Positions 49,459-59,729 of a stretch of 64,000 nt of DNA are shown piece by piece (within the stretch, counting starts at the first letter, position 1; each line of letters begins with the position of its first letter). The stretch covers positions 352,001-416,000 of the forward strand of contig CAVXWP010000008.1 in assembly GCA_963765495.1 (NCBI GenBank). Direction: 5' to 3'. A model generated the notes under the pieces. The model ran no database searches and had not been told where the DNA came from. It worked only from the letters and a program-made list of their open reading frames with translations. Position numbers and translations under genes: made by a program. Source of the DNA: Blastocatellia bacterium. GTDB lineage: Bacteria; Acidobacteriota; Blastocatellia; UBA7656.

Positions 49459-52017
49459 TCAATTATAACCATTCTTAGTCCGTTTTTTCTTCTCTTTCCC
49501 TCCGTCATTGTCGTCTCCAGTCTTGTTGTCGGGCTTTGGAGGCCGGTCCTTATTTCGGTCGGTATTACTTCGCGGCTTCTCTTCGCCGTATCGCGGAGGT
49601 TGGCCCCGCTCGGGTTCTACCATACGGGGCGTCGGCGGAGCGCCCGGAGCACTCGGAGTTTCGCCCTCTTTGGCCGCATCTTTAGCCGCATCTGCATTCT
49701 CATCTTCGATTTGCGTCGCGGCTTCTTCGGCTGCGGCCTTTCGGATCGCGGCTGCGGCTGCGGCCCGACGAGCGACGATCTCCTTGTCTGGCGGCGGAGC
49801 CTTCGGGAACTTGTCGTTTGGCTTGTCCTTCAGGAACTTCTCCATGAACTGCATCCACATCGGGAGGGCGGCGACACCTCCCGCTTCTTTGTTCCCAAGC
49901 GTTCGCTTCAGCCCCGGATACCCGAGCCAGACACCCGCCGTGTAGCTTGGCGTATACCCTATGAACCAGGCATCTGTGAAGTCGTTTACCGTACCAGTCT
50001 TCCCGCAAATCATACGGGAAGCCAGCTCCTTGTTTCCCATTATCGCGCCCGCCGTTCCGCCTGTAACCACTCCTCTCATCATGTCCTGCATCTGCGAGGC
50101 GACATAGGGCGAAATGACTTTGAAACTCTCAGGCTGATTGTCTTGAATTACGTTCCCATCAGCGTCTGTGACGCGGGAGATCAGATGGGGTTTTACCCTT
50201 GTCCCGTTGTTCGAAAAGACGGAGTACGCGCTTACCATGTCTACAAGCGGCTCTTCGGTTGCGCCAAGAGCCGACGGCAGCACCCGCTTCATCGGATTCG
50301 ACAGACCGAACCGCTTTACAACCTCCGCGCCCTTGTCTACACCAACCATCGAAAGCAGCCGGACAGCCACCACGTTGAGCGATTTTTGTAGCGCGGCCCT
50401 CATCGGCAACATCCCGCTGCCGAGCGAACCGTCATAATTATGCGGGGACCAGCCAGTGGCAGGGTCTACAAATTGCCCCCCGCTTACTATCGTGTCGGGC
50501 GTAAATCCCTCCTCAATCGCGGCTGTGTATATAAAGGGTTTGAAACACGAACCTGTCTGCCTTTCGGCCTGCGTGGCGTTGTTGAATTTTCGAGTGGAAA
50601 AATCGTATCCGCCAACCATCGCTTTCACATCGCCCGTCTTCGATTCTACGCAAATCAGCGCCCCATCCACTCGCGGAAGCTGATCGAGCGAGACATCGAG
50701 CACATGGGTTTCCTCTTCAACCTTATTAACCCTGAAGATGGCTAAATCGCCTCTCTTCAGCAATTTTGAAGGAGGCCCCCCGGCCCAGCGACTGCCCTCC
50801 TCCGTAAGTTTGGCTTTGTAGTCGCCAAAGCCTATGTCCGCTCCATCGGCTCCTACTTTTAAGACAAGCCCGTAAATATAATCGCCGGGGACATAATCGC
50901 CTATCCAATCCGGGTGAGAGTAGTGCGAAAGATCATTGGTCACATTATCGGTCAGGACGTTTGTAAGGTTGCCACGCCACCGCCTGCCGTGACGGTTCTC
51001 GTAGGCGTGCAGACCTCGTCGGACGGCGCGAACCGCCTCGCGCTGCGCGCCCATGTCTATCGTGGTGTATATGTTCATTCCGCCCGTCTGTGTCTGCCGC
51101 GTGCCAAACGTCTCTTCGGCCTCCTGGCGCACCTCTTCGACGAAATAACCAAAGATCGAATCATTGTTCCCCTGCTGAGGATTGAGATTCAGATTTATCC
51201 CTGTTTGCCTCGCGCGATTATATTCATCCTCGGTGATATAGCCTTCTTCACGCATGCGGTAAAGCACTACGTTACGACGGTCGAGCGCGGCCTTTTCATC
51301 ACGAGTGGGCGAGTAAAGGCTTGGGGCCTGCGGCAAACCGGCAAGCAACGCGCACTCTTCCAGCGAAAGCTCCTTGAGCGATTTTGAGAAATAATACTGC
51401 GAGGCGGCTTCAAAACCATAGGAGCCGCCTCCAAGAAATATCTGATTGCAGTACATCTCCATTATCTGCTCTTTTGTGTAGTAGCGTTCGATCTGCAACG
51501 AGAGCAGGACCTCTTTTATCTTTCGTGTGTATGTCTTTTCAGGCGTGAGAAAGAGAGCGCGCGCAAGTTGCTGTGTCAGGGTCGAAGCGCCTTGCGCCTT
51601 GCGCCCGGTCGTGACGTTTTTCAATGCTGCCATCGTGATTCGAATGGGGTCAACACCTATGTGCTGAAAAAAGCGATCATCTTCAATGGCCCAGATGGCC
51701 TGCTTCATTTGATCCGGGATTTGATCGTATGTGACCGGGATGCGGCGTTCGAGCGAGAATTCCCCCACTACGGACTTCCCATCGGCCGCTATCACGCGAG
51801 TCACGAGGTTTGGGCGATAGCTGGCGAGGGCGGCCACCTGTTGCGCTTCTTCGGTCATACTGGCCTGATAGGCGACTGTCGCGCCAAACATGATGCCTGC
51901 TACGACCGAAAGAGCCAACAGCGCTAGAAAGGTATATTCGCGGAAGAAATCCTGTAGCCAGTTACGCGAACCGCTCGATGTGTGCTTGAAGGATTTCGTG
52001 TTGAGATTAAAACGCAT
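49459..52017 (-). CDS. mrcA: Class A penicillin-binding protein (PBP1A family)
   Basis: Glycosyltransferase motifs EDDRFFQHIG, GASTLTQQLAR and RKIKE; transpeptidase motifs SCFK, SLN and KTG. Confidence 0.92.
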   Translation of the reverse strand: MRFNLNTKSFKHTSSGSRNWLQDFFREYTFLALLALSVVAGIMFGATVAYQASMTEEAQQVAALASYRPNLVTRVIAADGKSVVGEFSLERRIPVTYDQIPDQMKQAIWAIEDDRFFQHIGVDPIRITMAALKNVTTGRKAQGASTLTQQLARALFLTPEKTYTRKIKEVLLSLQIERYYTKEQIMEMYCNQIFLGGGSYGFEAASQYYFSKSLKELSLEECALLAGLPQAPSLYSPTRDEKAALDRRNVVLYRMREEGYITEDEYNRARQTGINLNLNPQQGNNDSIFGYFVEEVRQEAEETFGTRQTQTGGMNIYTTIDMGAQREAVRAVRRGLHAYENRHGRRWRGNLTNVLTDNVTNDLSHYSHPDWIGDYVPGDYIYGLVLKVGADGADIGFGDYKAKLTEEGSRWAGGPPSKLLKRGDLAIFRVNKVEEETHVLDVSLDQLPRVDGALICVESKTGDVKAMVGGYDFSTRKFNNATQAERQTGSCFKPFIYTAAIEEGFTPDTIVSGGQFVDPATGWSPHNYDGSLGSGMLPMRAALQKSLNVVAVRLLSMVGVDKGAEVVKRFGLSNPMKRVLPSALGATEEPLVDMVSAYSVFSNNGTRVKPHLISRVTDADGNVIQDNQPESFKVISPYVASQMQDMMRGVVTGGTAGAIMGNKELASRMICGKTGTVNDFTDAWFIGYTPSYTAGVWLGYPGLKRTLGNKEAGGVAALPMWMQFMEKFLKDKPNDKFPKAPPPDKEIVARRAAAAAAIRKAAAEEAATQIEDENADAAKDAAKEGETPSAPGAPPTPRMVEPERGQPPRYGEEKPRSNTDRNKDRPPKPDNKTGDDNDGGKEKKKRTKNGYN

Positions 52018-52230
52018 AATTTTCTCGCCTTGTGTAAATGATTATCGCATTTGAGGGCCTGATTCACGATCATAGGAAACAATTCAATTCAAAAAATCCG
52101 ATCCGTAACCCGTGATTTAAGGGTACAGTAGCGCCCCTCGCCTTGTAAAGCATGCCCCCCGTGCGGCAAACCCGAAGAGCTTCGATGCCGGTTATCCTCA
52201 AAAGGTTGAACCGAAAATAGAATGTAATCA

Positions 52231-53388
52231 TCAAATGATCTCCTCATTCACCCTTTCCGATACTTCGCTCTCTCCGGGCAGGGGCAGCGCTATCTGGGGT
52301 TGCTCACCGCTATAGGATAGGAGCCACGTTCTCCCTTCGTCCCTGAGCATCTTCAGAAGTGTTATCGTCACTGCCAGAATTACAGGCCCTACAAAGAGGC
52401 CGAGAAATCCGAATGCCTGAACGCCCCCGAATACTGCAAAGAAAATAAGCAGCGTATGCATCTGTACACGACCGCTTATCAAGTATGGACGGAGTATATT
52501 GTCAATCGTTCCGACTACCCCGGCTCCCCAGCCAAGCAGTATCAAACCTCTCACCCAGTCCCCGCTCGCAAAGAAGAAGAGAACCGCCGGGAACCATACG
52601 ATGGCCGAACCTACAAGCGGAATCAGAGAGAGAAAGGAGGCTGCGACTCCCCAGAGCACAAAAGAAGGGAGGCCGAGCGCCCAGAATGCTACCCCCGTCA
52701 GAAAACCCTGTGCCCCCGCTACTACAAGCCCGCCGTACACGGTTGCGATTATTGTGTTTTCAATACCCTCAAAAAGCGTGGTTACCTGTTCCTTCGAAAG
52801 CGGCAGTATTGCCACAGCCCTGCGGCGGAAAGTTCGCCCTTCTCTAAAGAGAAAGAAGAGCGTAAATATTGTGATCGCCACATTCAAAACAAAGGAGGTG
52901 ATATTCCCCACTATCATCCCCGCCTCAGAAAGCATAAACGTGCTTATCTCCTGCAATCTGGAGAGCAGGGCCGCGCGAAGATCAATCTTTGATGTATCGA
53001 CATAGCGGCCAAGCCATTCGAGAGGACGGTCTAAGAGGTTCATCACAAAAGGGCTGAGGCCGCCGCTTTCTGAGCTTCTCTGACTGAGAAAGGAATAGAG
53101 GTGTTTGACCTCATTTGTGATTGCCGCCCCGATCATAAGTGCAGGCACAACGACTATCAGGATAACGAGGGATGTCGAGAGGAAAGCGGCGACACTCGGA
53201 TTACGCACTACGCTGAGCATCTTCTTTTGCACCGGAAAGAAGACAACCGCGATAACGACGGCCGAAAGCAGGGGGCTCAGAAAAGGGCGGAAGAGGATGT
53301 AACAGAATATGATTGAAAGCGCGGCCAGCGACAACAAGAAGATGAGAGTTAGACGATTCTTTTTCATACCACTCAAACCCTCTGACAT
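52231..53388 (-). CDS. AI-2E family transporter
   Basis: Multi-TM protein with IDNILRP and FGFLGLFVGPVI. Confidence 0.88.
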   Translation of the reverse strand: MSEGLSGMKKNRLTLIFLLSLAALSIIFCYILFRPFLSPLLSAVVIAVVFFPVQKKMLSVVRNPSVAAFLSTSLVILIVVVPALMIGAAITNEVKHLYSFLSQRSSESGGLSPFVMNLLDRPLEWLGRYVDTSKIDLRAALLSRLQEISTFMLSEAGMIVGNITSFVLNVAITIFTLFFLFREGRTFRRRAVAILPLSKEQVTTLFEGIENTIIATVYGGLVVAGAQGFLTGVAFWALGLPSFVLWGVAASFLSLIPLVGSAIVWFPAVLFFFASGDWVRGLILLGWGAGVVGTIDNILRPYLISGRVQMHTLLIFFAVFGGVQAFGFLGLFVGPVILAVTITLLKMLRDEGRTWLLSYSGEQPQIALPLPGESEVSERVNEEII

Positions 53389-53419
53389 CGCGCTTCCACT
53401 GCTCTGAACAGATGTCTAT

Positions 53420-55912
53420 TCAGGCGCGGACATGCGTTGGTTCATGTTGCGAATCGGCCTTCCCCGCATCGCCAAGCGGCTGGCTGTAGTTGCAGCCTTC
53501 TTCCCGGCAAACAAGCTTGCGGCTGCCGTCTTTGCTTGTCTTCTCAAGCAGAAACCTCGCTCCGCACTGTGGACAGGCCTCGGCTACAGGTTTATCCCAT
53601 AAGGCGAATTTGCATTTTGGATAGTTGGAGCAACCATAGAAGGATTTACCGCGTTTGCCCTTCTTTACGACTATCTCGCCCCCGCATTCAGGACAGGAGA
53701 CGCCGGTCGTCTCCTGCTTTATATACTTACACTCGGGATAATTCGAGCAGGCGGTGAACGGGCCGAATCGTCCAGCCTTCACTACAAGGTGTTTGCCGCA
53801 CTGTGGGCACAATTCCTCAAGCGCCACATCGGGCGAGGCGATCTTCCCACCCTGCTGAATCTTTCGCGTAGTCTTGCATTCGGGATAGCCCGTGCAGGCC
53901 AGAAACTGACCAAACCGCCCCCGCTTCAATGCCATCGGCTTGCCGCAGTTCTCGCAAAGTTCCTCTGCCGCCTCGACTTTTGCCTCTCCCCCGGCTTCAT
54001 CATTTGCCTTTGGTATGTCGCGTGTGGTCTTGCAATCGGGATAGTTTGTACAGGCGAGGAACTGACCATATTTGCCGAATTTTATTGCCATTGGAGAGCC
54101 GCAGTTTTCGCACTTTTCGTCGGTGATGATCTCCTGTCGTTTGACATCCCGCATGTGGTGTTTTGCTGCGTCCAGGTCTTTTGTAAACTTCTCGTAGAAT
54201 TCGGCGAGCGCATCCCGCCACTCCATCTTCCCCTCTTCGATCTCGTCGAGTTCCTGCTCCATGTGAGCCGTGTAGGTCACATTGAACAATCCCTCAAAAC
54301 TGTCCACAAGCAGATCGTTTACGATGAATCCGAGTTCTGTCGGCAAAAACCGCCCTTCCTTTCTCGCCACATACTCCCGGTCCTGAATAACGGTCATAAT
54401 CGAAGCATAGGTTGAGGGTCGCCCGATGCCCTTCTCTTCAAGCACCTTGACGAGCGTGGCCTCCGTAAATCGCGGCGGAGGTTCTGTAAAATGCTGATCC
54501 GGCGTCAGCTTGTTGAGCTTCAGTCTCTCGCCTTCCTGCACAAGAGGAAGACTGCGCCCCTGCTCGTCGTCGTCCTCGTCCTTTTCGTCTTTCCCTTCCT
54601 CATAAACGGCGAGAAACCCGTTGAATTTCAAGACCGACCCCGTGGCGCGGAATAGATAGCGCGGGCCTGCCTGTATATCAATAGTCGTCTGATCGAAAAT
54701 TGCGGGGTTCATCTGCGAGGCCACAAACCTCTGCCATATCAACTTGTAAAGCGCGAGTTCATCCTTGCTCAGATAGTGCGCAATTGAATCAGGAGTGCGT
54801 ACGACCGACGTTGGCCTTATAGCCTCGTGCGCGTCCTGGGCATCTTTTTTCGACCTATAAAAGACAGCTTTTTCAGGCAGATAATTCGCGCCGTATTGAT
54901 CCCCTACGAAATCTCGCACTTCACTGATGGCGCTGTCGGCCACACGGGTGGAGTCGGTTCTCATGTATGTGATGAGCCCGGCAAGCCCCTCCTTTCCTAA
55001 CTCTATCCCTTCATAAAGCCGCTGGGCGATCTGCATGGTTTTCTTTACTGGGAAACGGAGTTTGCGCGAGGCCTCCTGTTGAAGTTTGGATGTTATGAAA
55101 GGCGGAACCGGGTTTCGGCGCTTCTCTTTTGTTGTGACCGATGCCACTACAAACTCCTGCCCCTTTATGTCTCCCACGAGATCCGAGGCCTGTTTTTGAT
55201 CCTTGATGTGAATCTCTTTTTTCTTCACATCCTGATCGAAGTCGCCGGTCTTTATGGTCTGCTCCTCAATTTTGAAGAGCCGCGCGTCGAATGAAGGAGG
55301 CAGCTTTGCCGAAAGATTTGCCGTGATGGTCCAGTACTCTGTGGTCACAAAGGCCAGAATCTCGCGCTCGCGCTCGACCACAAGCCTCAAGGCAACCGAT
55401 TGAACACGCCCGGCCGAAAGTCCGCGTCTCACCTTGTCCCAGAGCAGCGGGCTGACCTGATAGCCGACTATGCGGTCAAGCAGGCGGCGCGCTTGCTGGG
55501 CATCAACCAGATGCTTGTCAATCTCTGTGGGATGCTTGAAAGACTCCTGGATCGCCTTCTTTGTAATCTCGTTGAACATCACGCGGCGTACCGGCTTTCG
55601 ACTCTTGCCGCGTCCTTCAAGCTCCTCTTTTATGTGCCACCCGATGGCTTCGCCTTCGCGATCCGGGTCGGTCGCGACATAAATCATGTCGGCTTCCCTG
55701 GCGGCTGACTTGAGTTGCTTTATGACTTTCTCTTTGCCCGGGATCACTTCATATGTAGGCTCGAAATTATTGTCAAAATCTATACCGATCCCTTTCTTCG
55801 GAAGGTCCTTGACGTGCCCGACCGAAGCCATGACCTTATAATCCGGGCCAAGATATTTGTTTATAGTTTTTGCTTTTGAAGGTGATTCTACTACTACAAG
55901 TGCTTTTGCCAT
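53420..55912 (-). CDS. topA: Type IA DNA topoisomerase I with C-terminal zinc ribbons
   Basis: VVESPSKAK, ATDPDREGE, SAGRVQS, ITYMRTDS and repeated C4 zinc fingers. Confidence 0.97.
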   Translation of the reverse strand: MAKALVVVESPSKAKTINKYLGPDYKVMASVGHVKDLPKKGIGIDFDNNFEPTYEVIPGKEKVIKQLKSAAREADMIYVATDPDREGEAIGWHIKEELEGRGKSRKPVRRVMFNEITKKAIQESFKHPTEIDKHLVDAQQARRLLDRIVGYQVSPLLWDKVRRGLSAGRVQSVALRLVVEREREILAFVTTEYWTITANLSAKLPPSFDARLFKIEEQTIKTGDFDQDVKKKEIHIKDQKQASDLVGDIKGQEFVVASVTTKEKRRNPVPPFITSKLQQEASRKLRFPVKKTMQIAQRLYEGIELGKEGLAGLITYMRTDSTRVADSAISEVRDFVGDQYGANYLPEKAVFYRSKKDAQDAHEAIRPTSVVRTPDSIAHYLSKDELALYKLIWQRFVASQMNPAIFDQTTIDIQAGPRYLFRATGSVLKFNGFLAVYEEGKDEKDEDDDEQGRSLPLVQEGERLKLNKLTPDQHFTEPPPRFTEATLVKVLEEKGIGRPSTYASIMTVIQDREYVARKEGRFLPTELGFIVNDLLVDSFEGLFNVTYTAHMEQELDEIEEGKMEWRDALAEFYEKFTKDLDAAKHHMRDVKRQEIITDEKCENCGSPMAIKFGKYGQFLACTNYPDCKTTRDIPKANDEAGGEAKVEAAEELCENCGKPMALKRGRFGQFLACTGYPECKTTRKIQQGGKIASPDVALEELCPQCGKHLVVKAGRFGPFTACSNYPECKYIKQETTGVSCPECGGEIVVKKGKRGKSFYGCSNYPKCKFALWDKPVAEACPQCGARFLLEKTSKDGSRKLVCREEGCNYSQPLGDAGKADSQHEPTHVRA

Positions 55913-55985
55913 AATCGTCGTCTCTTATCAATCAATCAACCGAGCTATCACGGAGAGGATTCTACGCATAGCCCCAAAAGACCGA

Positions 55986-56014
55986 ATTTAACGTTGCATT
56001 TCCTATCGTGTCAA
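55986..56014 (-). promoter_or_regulatory. Putative sigma-70 promoter of topA
   Basis: Minus strand TTGACA-N17-TTAAAT. Confidence 0.5.
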
Positions 56015-56186
56015 GTAGGCTTGATTTATGCCTCGTCAGTTTCGAATCAAAATTCGGGTCTGAACACGCGGTCTGAACCTCAAAAAAGCGACCACAGGTG
56101 AGCCCCCAACAACACCGGCTCCGAATACGATTCCAGGCATCGGACTTCGGATTTGGAATTATCGACGATACCGTAAAACGTTCGGA

Positions 56187-57311
56187 TCAAATTCTGCGAA
56201 TAAAGCTTTTTCCCGGCAACTGCCGTATTCGGTCGAGCATTTCCAACCTCAACAGCGCGCTCATTAATTCTCCCGCGCTTAGATCGGACTCTTTGATCAA
56301 GCGGTCGACGTGAACCGATTCGTCAGGTTTTAGCAGTTTCAAAATCCGACGCTCGGCGTCTGAAAGCGCCACTTCATCCATTGATAACTGTTCACTATTA
56401 TTTTCTTCAAGTTCAGAAGAAAAAATAGCCGTCCTTAATTCGAGAGGGAATTCTTCGACAACATCACGCCACGTCTGAATAAGCTTTGCTCCGTCTTTTA
56501 TTAAAAAATTCGGTCCAAAACTCTTTGATGATGTTATGTTGCCCGGAACGGCGAAAACATCCCGCCCCTGCTCATAGGCCATGCGGGCAGTTATTAGTGA
56601 CCCGCTCCGTTCTGCCCCCTCAATTACCAGAACCCCAAGCGCCAGACCGCTGATTACACGGTTTCGAAACGGGAAGTTGTGAGCAACCGGCGGGGTAGAA
56701 ATCGGGAACTCGGTAAGAAGCGCGCCCTCGGCAGCGATTTGCCGGGCAAGTTTCCGATTCTCCTTCGGATAAGTATCATCAAGCCCCGTCGCCATGACGG
56801 CTATTGTCAGCCCTCGCCCCTCGAGTGCCCCGCGATGCGCAGCAGTATCAATACCACGCGCCAGACCGGAAACTATAGTCACTCCCCGGCTTGCCATATC
56901 ACGCGAAAGTGTCTCGGCTACATTCCTGCCGTAAGTCGAGCAACGTCTCGAACCGACTATGGCTACCGTCGGACGCGAAAGCGCCGCATCCAGATCGCCC
57001 GTAAAATAGAGCACTATCGGCGGGTCATAGGTCTCTTTTAGCAGAGCCGGGTAACGCGGGTCTGAAAGCGGCAATGCCTCCCCGCCCAGTTCTCCGAGTG
57101 CTTTTAATTCGACAAGCGCTCGCTCGCGCGGCTCATCGCTTTTCAATGCGGATATGGTATCGCGTTTTAAACCCGCCGATTCAAGCCCGCCCCGGCTCGC
57201 ATCCAGACATGCGGTGGGCGAGCCGAATCTGTCGATCAGATGAACGGCCGTCCGCGACCCAACCCCGGTAACGAATGTCAGCGCCACCCAATCGAGAAGA
57301 GAGTTTTCCAA
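56187..57311 (-). CDS. dprA: DNA-processing protein DprA
   Basis: VAIVGSR, VSGLARGIDTAAH, FPFRNRVISG and SGSLITA. Confidence 0.95.
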   Translation of the reverse strand: MENSLLDWVALTFVTGVGSRTAVHLIDRFGSPTACLDASRGGLESAGLKRDTISALKSDEPRERALVELKALGELGGEALPLSDPRYPALLKETYDPPIVLYFTGDLDAALSRPTVAIVGSRRCSTYGRNVAETLSRDMASRGVTIVSGLARGIDTAAHRGALEGRGLTIAVMATGLDDTYPKENRKLARQIAAEGALLTEFPISTPPVAHNFPFRNRVISGLALGVLVIEGAERSGSLITARMAYEQGRDVFAVPGNITSSKSFGPNFLIKDGAKLIQTWRDVVEEFPLELRTAIFSSELEENNSEQLSMDEVALSDAERRILKLLKPDESVHVDRLIKESDLSAGELMSALLRLEMLDRIRQLPGKSFIRRI

Positions 57312-57568
57312 TTTACCAGTCTTTCGTCATCTGTTTCTGATTGTGGGAGCCTGGAGGCGGACCCAACTACCTGGGGCTTTGATTTTATCCTCTCCTTCTC
57401 CTTAGTCAAGCTTCGCGCGGGGTCTTTCATCCTGGTCTCAAGTATTTGGAACCACTATTCCCTTTATTAAAGATCGAAGTTTCAAAGAATTGAACTCCCG
57501 AGCGCCCGCATGTAGAATGCTTTCTCCGAGGCAGTAAATTCAAGATTGTACTCGCCGGAGGTTTGCAG

Positions 57569-57811
57569 ATGGAAAACGTTAGTAAGGTCATTGCCAGGGT
57601 TGAAGCAATCATCCATAAGCTGGACCCTGATTGTATCGTGCAAGGCACATTCTATGATGAAGTGAGCAACCGCCTTTTTGTGACCGTAGTCAAAGGCTCA
57701 CGAAAGAAAAATATAACTTTACTCGGGCGCTATTTCGAAAACGGTTTTGATGCCCTGAGCAAGACTATAAAGACCGGCATCGAGGAACTACAGACAGAAC
57801 CCATCGGATGA
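57569..57811 (+). CDS. Hypothetical small protein
   Basis: GGAGG RBS upstream; its stop overlaps the next start (ATGA coupling). Confidence 0.6.
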   Translation: MENVSKVIARVEAIIHKLDPDCIVQGTFYDEVSNRLFVTVVKGSRKKNITLLGRYFENGFDALSKTIKTGIEELQTEPIG

Positions 57812-58095
57812 AAATGAAGAGGTGGGAACAGACCGCACATACCATGTTTTACAAGTACAGACAGTCGGTTCTATCCGAACTCGCCCGGCACGGGGTCTCT
57901 CCAAAACCGAGCACGCCTCCTGAATTCGTACGAGAGTTTGTCAATGACCTATATGTATACGAGATTCGCGCTTTGCGGAACCGGATGCGTTCCGGGGCCA
58001 TAGCAAAAACCGAATACGCGAGCCGGGTAACAGAGTTGAGGCGGCGCTATCCTGTGCTTTCATTATCTCTCAACCACTGGATCGAATCCGATTAA
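57808..58095 (+). CDS. Hypothetical protein, 95 aa
   Basis: Translationally coupled to the previous ORF; protein-like composition. Confidence 0.65.
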   Translation: MKMKRWEQTAHTMFYKYRQSVLSELARHGVSPKPSTPPEFVREFVNDLYVYEIRALRNRMRSGAIAKTEYASRVTELRRRYPVLSLSLNHWIESD

Positions 58096-59636
58096 GCCCA
58101 GAAATTTCTGTCAAGCGTGCGGTATTGGATTGCCTCGCTGACGTGCTCTGATTCTATGGCTGGCTTTCCCTCAAGATCGGCAAGCGTTCGGCTGACTTTC
58201 AGGATGCGGTCATAGGCGCGGGCCGAAAGGCCCAGTCGGGTGATCACATTCTCAAGCAATGACTTTGATTCCGAATCTATCGAGCAGTATTTTCTGATCA
58301 GCCTCGGTGTCATCTGTGCATTGCAAAAAAGGCCCTCGCCCCGCAGTCTCTCGAGTTGAATTTGTCGTGTCCTTACCACCCTTTGTCGAATCTCATCCGA
58401 AGACTCGCTCGGCGTCTCGCTTGATAGTTCTTTGAATTTTACCGCCGGAACATCTACATGAATATCGATTCGGTCGAGAAGAGGACCCGAGATTTTTGAG
58501 ATGTATCGTTGTATCTGCATCGGAGTACATTTGCACTCTCTGGTATGGTCGTTGAAATGGCCGCATGGACAGGGATTCATAGCCGCTGCGAGCATGAAAC
58601 GCGAGGGAAATGTAAGTGAGAGCGCCGCCCGGCTGATGGTTACACGTCCGTCTTCGAGAGGCTGGCGGAGCACTTCCAAAACATTGCGCTCAAATTCGGG
58701 CAGTTCGTCCAGGAACAACAACCCGTTATGCGCAAGCGATACCTCGCCGGGTCGCGGGATGCTTCCCCCTCCAATCAACCCGGCATCGGAAATCGTGTGG
58801 TGGGGTGCGCGAAAAGGCCGTGTGGTCACAAGCCCTTTTTTTTCTGTGAGCCCGGCGACGGAATGAATCTTTGTGCATTCGATGGCCTCTTCAAATTCGA
58901 GGGGCGGCAGGATGGTTGGAATCCGCCTCGCTAGCATCGTCTTCCCGGAACCGGGCGGCCCGATCATCATAATGTTGTGACCGCCCGCGGTCGAAACCTC
59001 TATCGCTCGCTTTGCGTGAAGTTGACCACGCACCTCCTTGAAATCGACTGTATACTGATCCGGGTTTGCGAGCATCGAGTTTGTCTCGACCAGGACCGGC
59101 GTTGAAGTAACTTCACCATTTATGAACTGGGCTACCTGTTTGAGCGCAGAAAGCGGGTAGACATCAAGCCCGGCTACAACCGCTGCCTCTTGCGCATTCT
59201 CTTCGGGGAGGAGCAACCTCCTGACGCCCGATTCACGCGCCGCAACGGCTATGGGTAGCGCTCCCTTGACAGGTCGGACTCGCCCGTCAAGCGACAGTTC
59301 ACCGACTATCATAGTGTCATTCAATTCTTCGCAGCGCAGGTCGCCGTTTGCGCCGAGTATCCCAACGGCGATGGGGAGATCAAAACTCGATCCCTCTTTC
59401 TTTATGTCGGCGGGGGCCAGATTGACGGTCACGCGATGGATGGGAAAGTAGAAACCGCAGTTATTTATTGCGGCTCTTATTCGCTCGCGGCTCTCGCGCA
59501 CAGCCGCATCGGGAAGCCCTACCATTGTAAATGCGGAACCAGTGCTGTCGCCTGAGCGCGGAGTCAGGTCTACTTCTACGTCTACGATAAAAGCGTCAAT
59601 CCCAAAAACGGCAGAGCTCAACGTCCTGAAAAGCAT
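58092..59636 (-). CDS. comM: YifB/ComM Mg-chelatase-like AAA ATPase
   Basis: [38 protein letters not shown] and NPCPCG; ATG at 59636. Confidence 0.92.
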   Translation of the reverse strand: MLFRTLSSAVFGIDAFIVDVEVDLTPRSGDSTGSAFTMVGLPDAAVRESRERIRAAINNCGFYFPIHRVTVNLAPADIKKEGSSFDLPIAVGILGANGDLRCEELNDTMIVGELSLDGRVRPVKGALPIAVAARESGVRRLLLPEENAQEAAVVAGLDVYPLSALKQVAQFINGEVTSTPVLVETNSMLANPDQYTVDFKEVRGQLHAKRAIEVSTAGGHNIMMIGPPGSGKTMLARRIPTILPPLEFEEAIECTKIHSVAGLTEKKGLVTTRPFRAPHHTISDAGLIGGGSIPRPGEVSLAHNGLLFLDELPEFERNVLEVLRQPLEDGRVTISRAALSLTFPSRFMLAAAMNPCPCGHFNDHTRECKCTPMQIQRYISKISGPLLDRIDIHVDVPAVKFKELSSETPSESSDEIRQRVVRTRQIQLERLRGEGLFCNAQMTPRLIRKYCSIDSESKSLLENVITRLGLSARAYDRILKVSRTLADLEGKPAIESEHVSEAIQYRTLDRNFWA

Positions 59637-59729
59637 TCCGGGTCTCCAGGGCACACCTATTGTGCAAATGAATTTTACCCGGGGGAACATGCCTTTGCGG
59701 CTGAGTCCGCCTGAGATACTAGACCCAAA

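Noticed and set aside
49456-50391. 311-aa + strand ORF
   Set aside because: Antisense to the well-supported PBP1A gene; no protein-family signal.
56057-56078. GGTCTGAAC direct repeat as a LexA box upstream of topA
   Set aside because: GAAC spacing is 9 nt, not the GAAC-N7-GAAC pattern; too short to support another call.
58092-59636. Mg-chelatase I subunit partnering the H-like gene
   Set aside because: The Lon-like N-terminus, RAPHHT and NPCPCG motifs identify YifB/ComM, consistent with nearby dprA.
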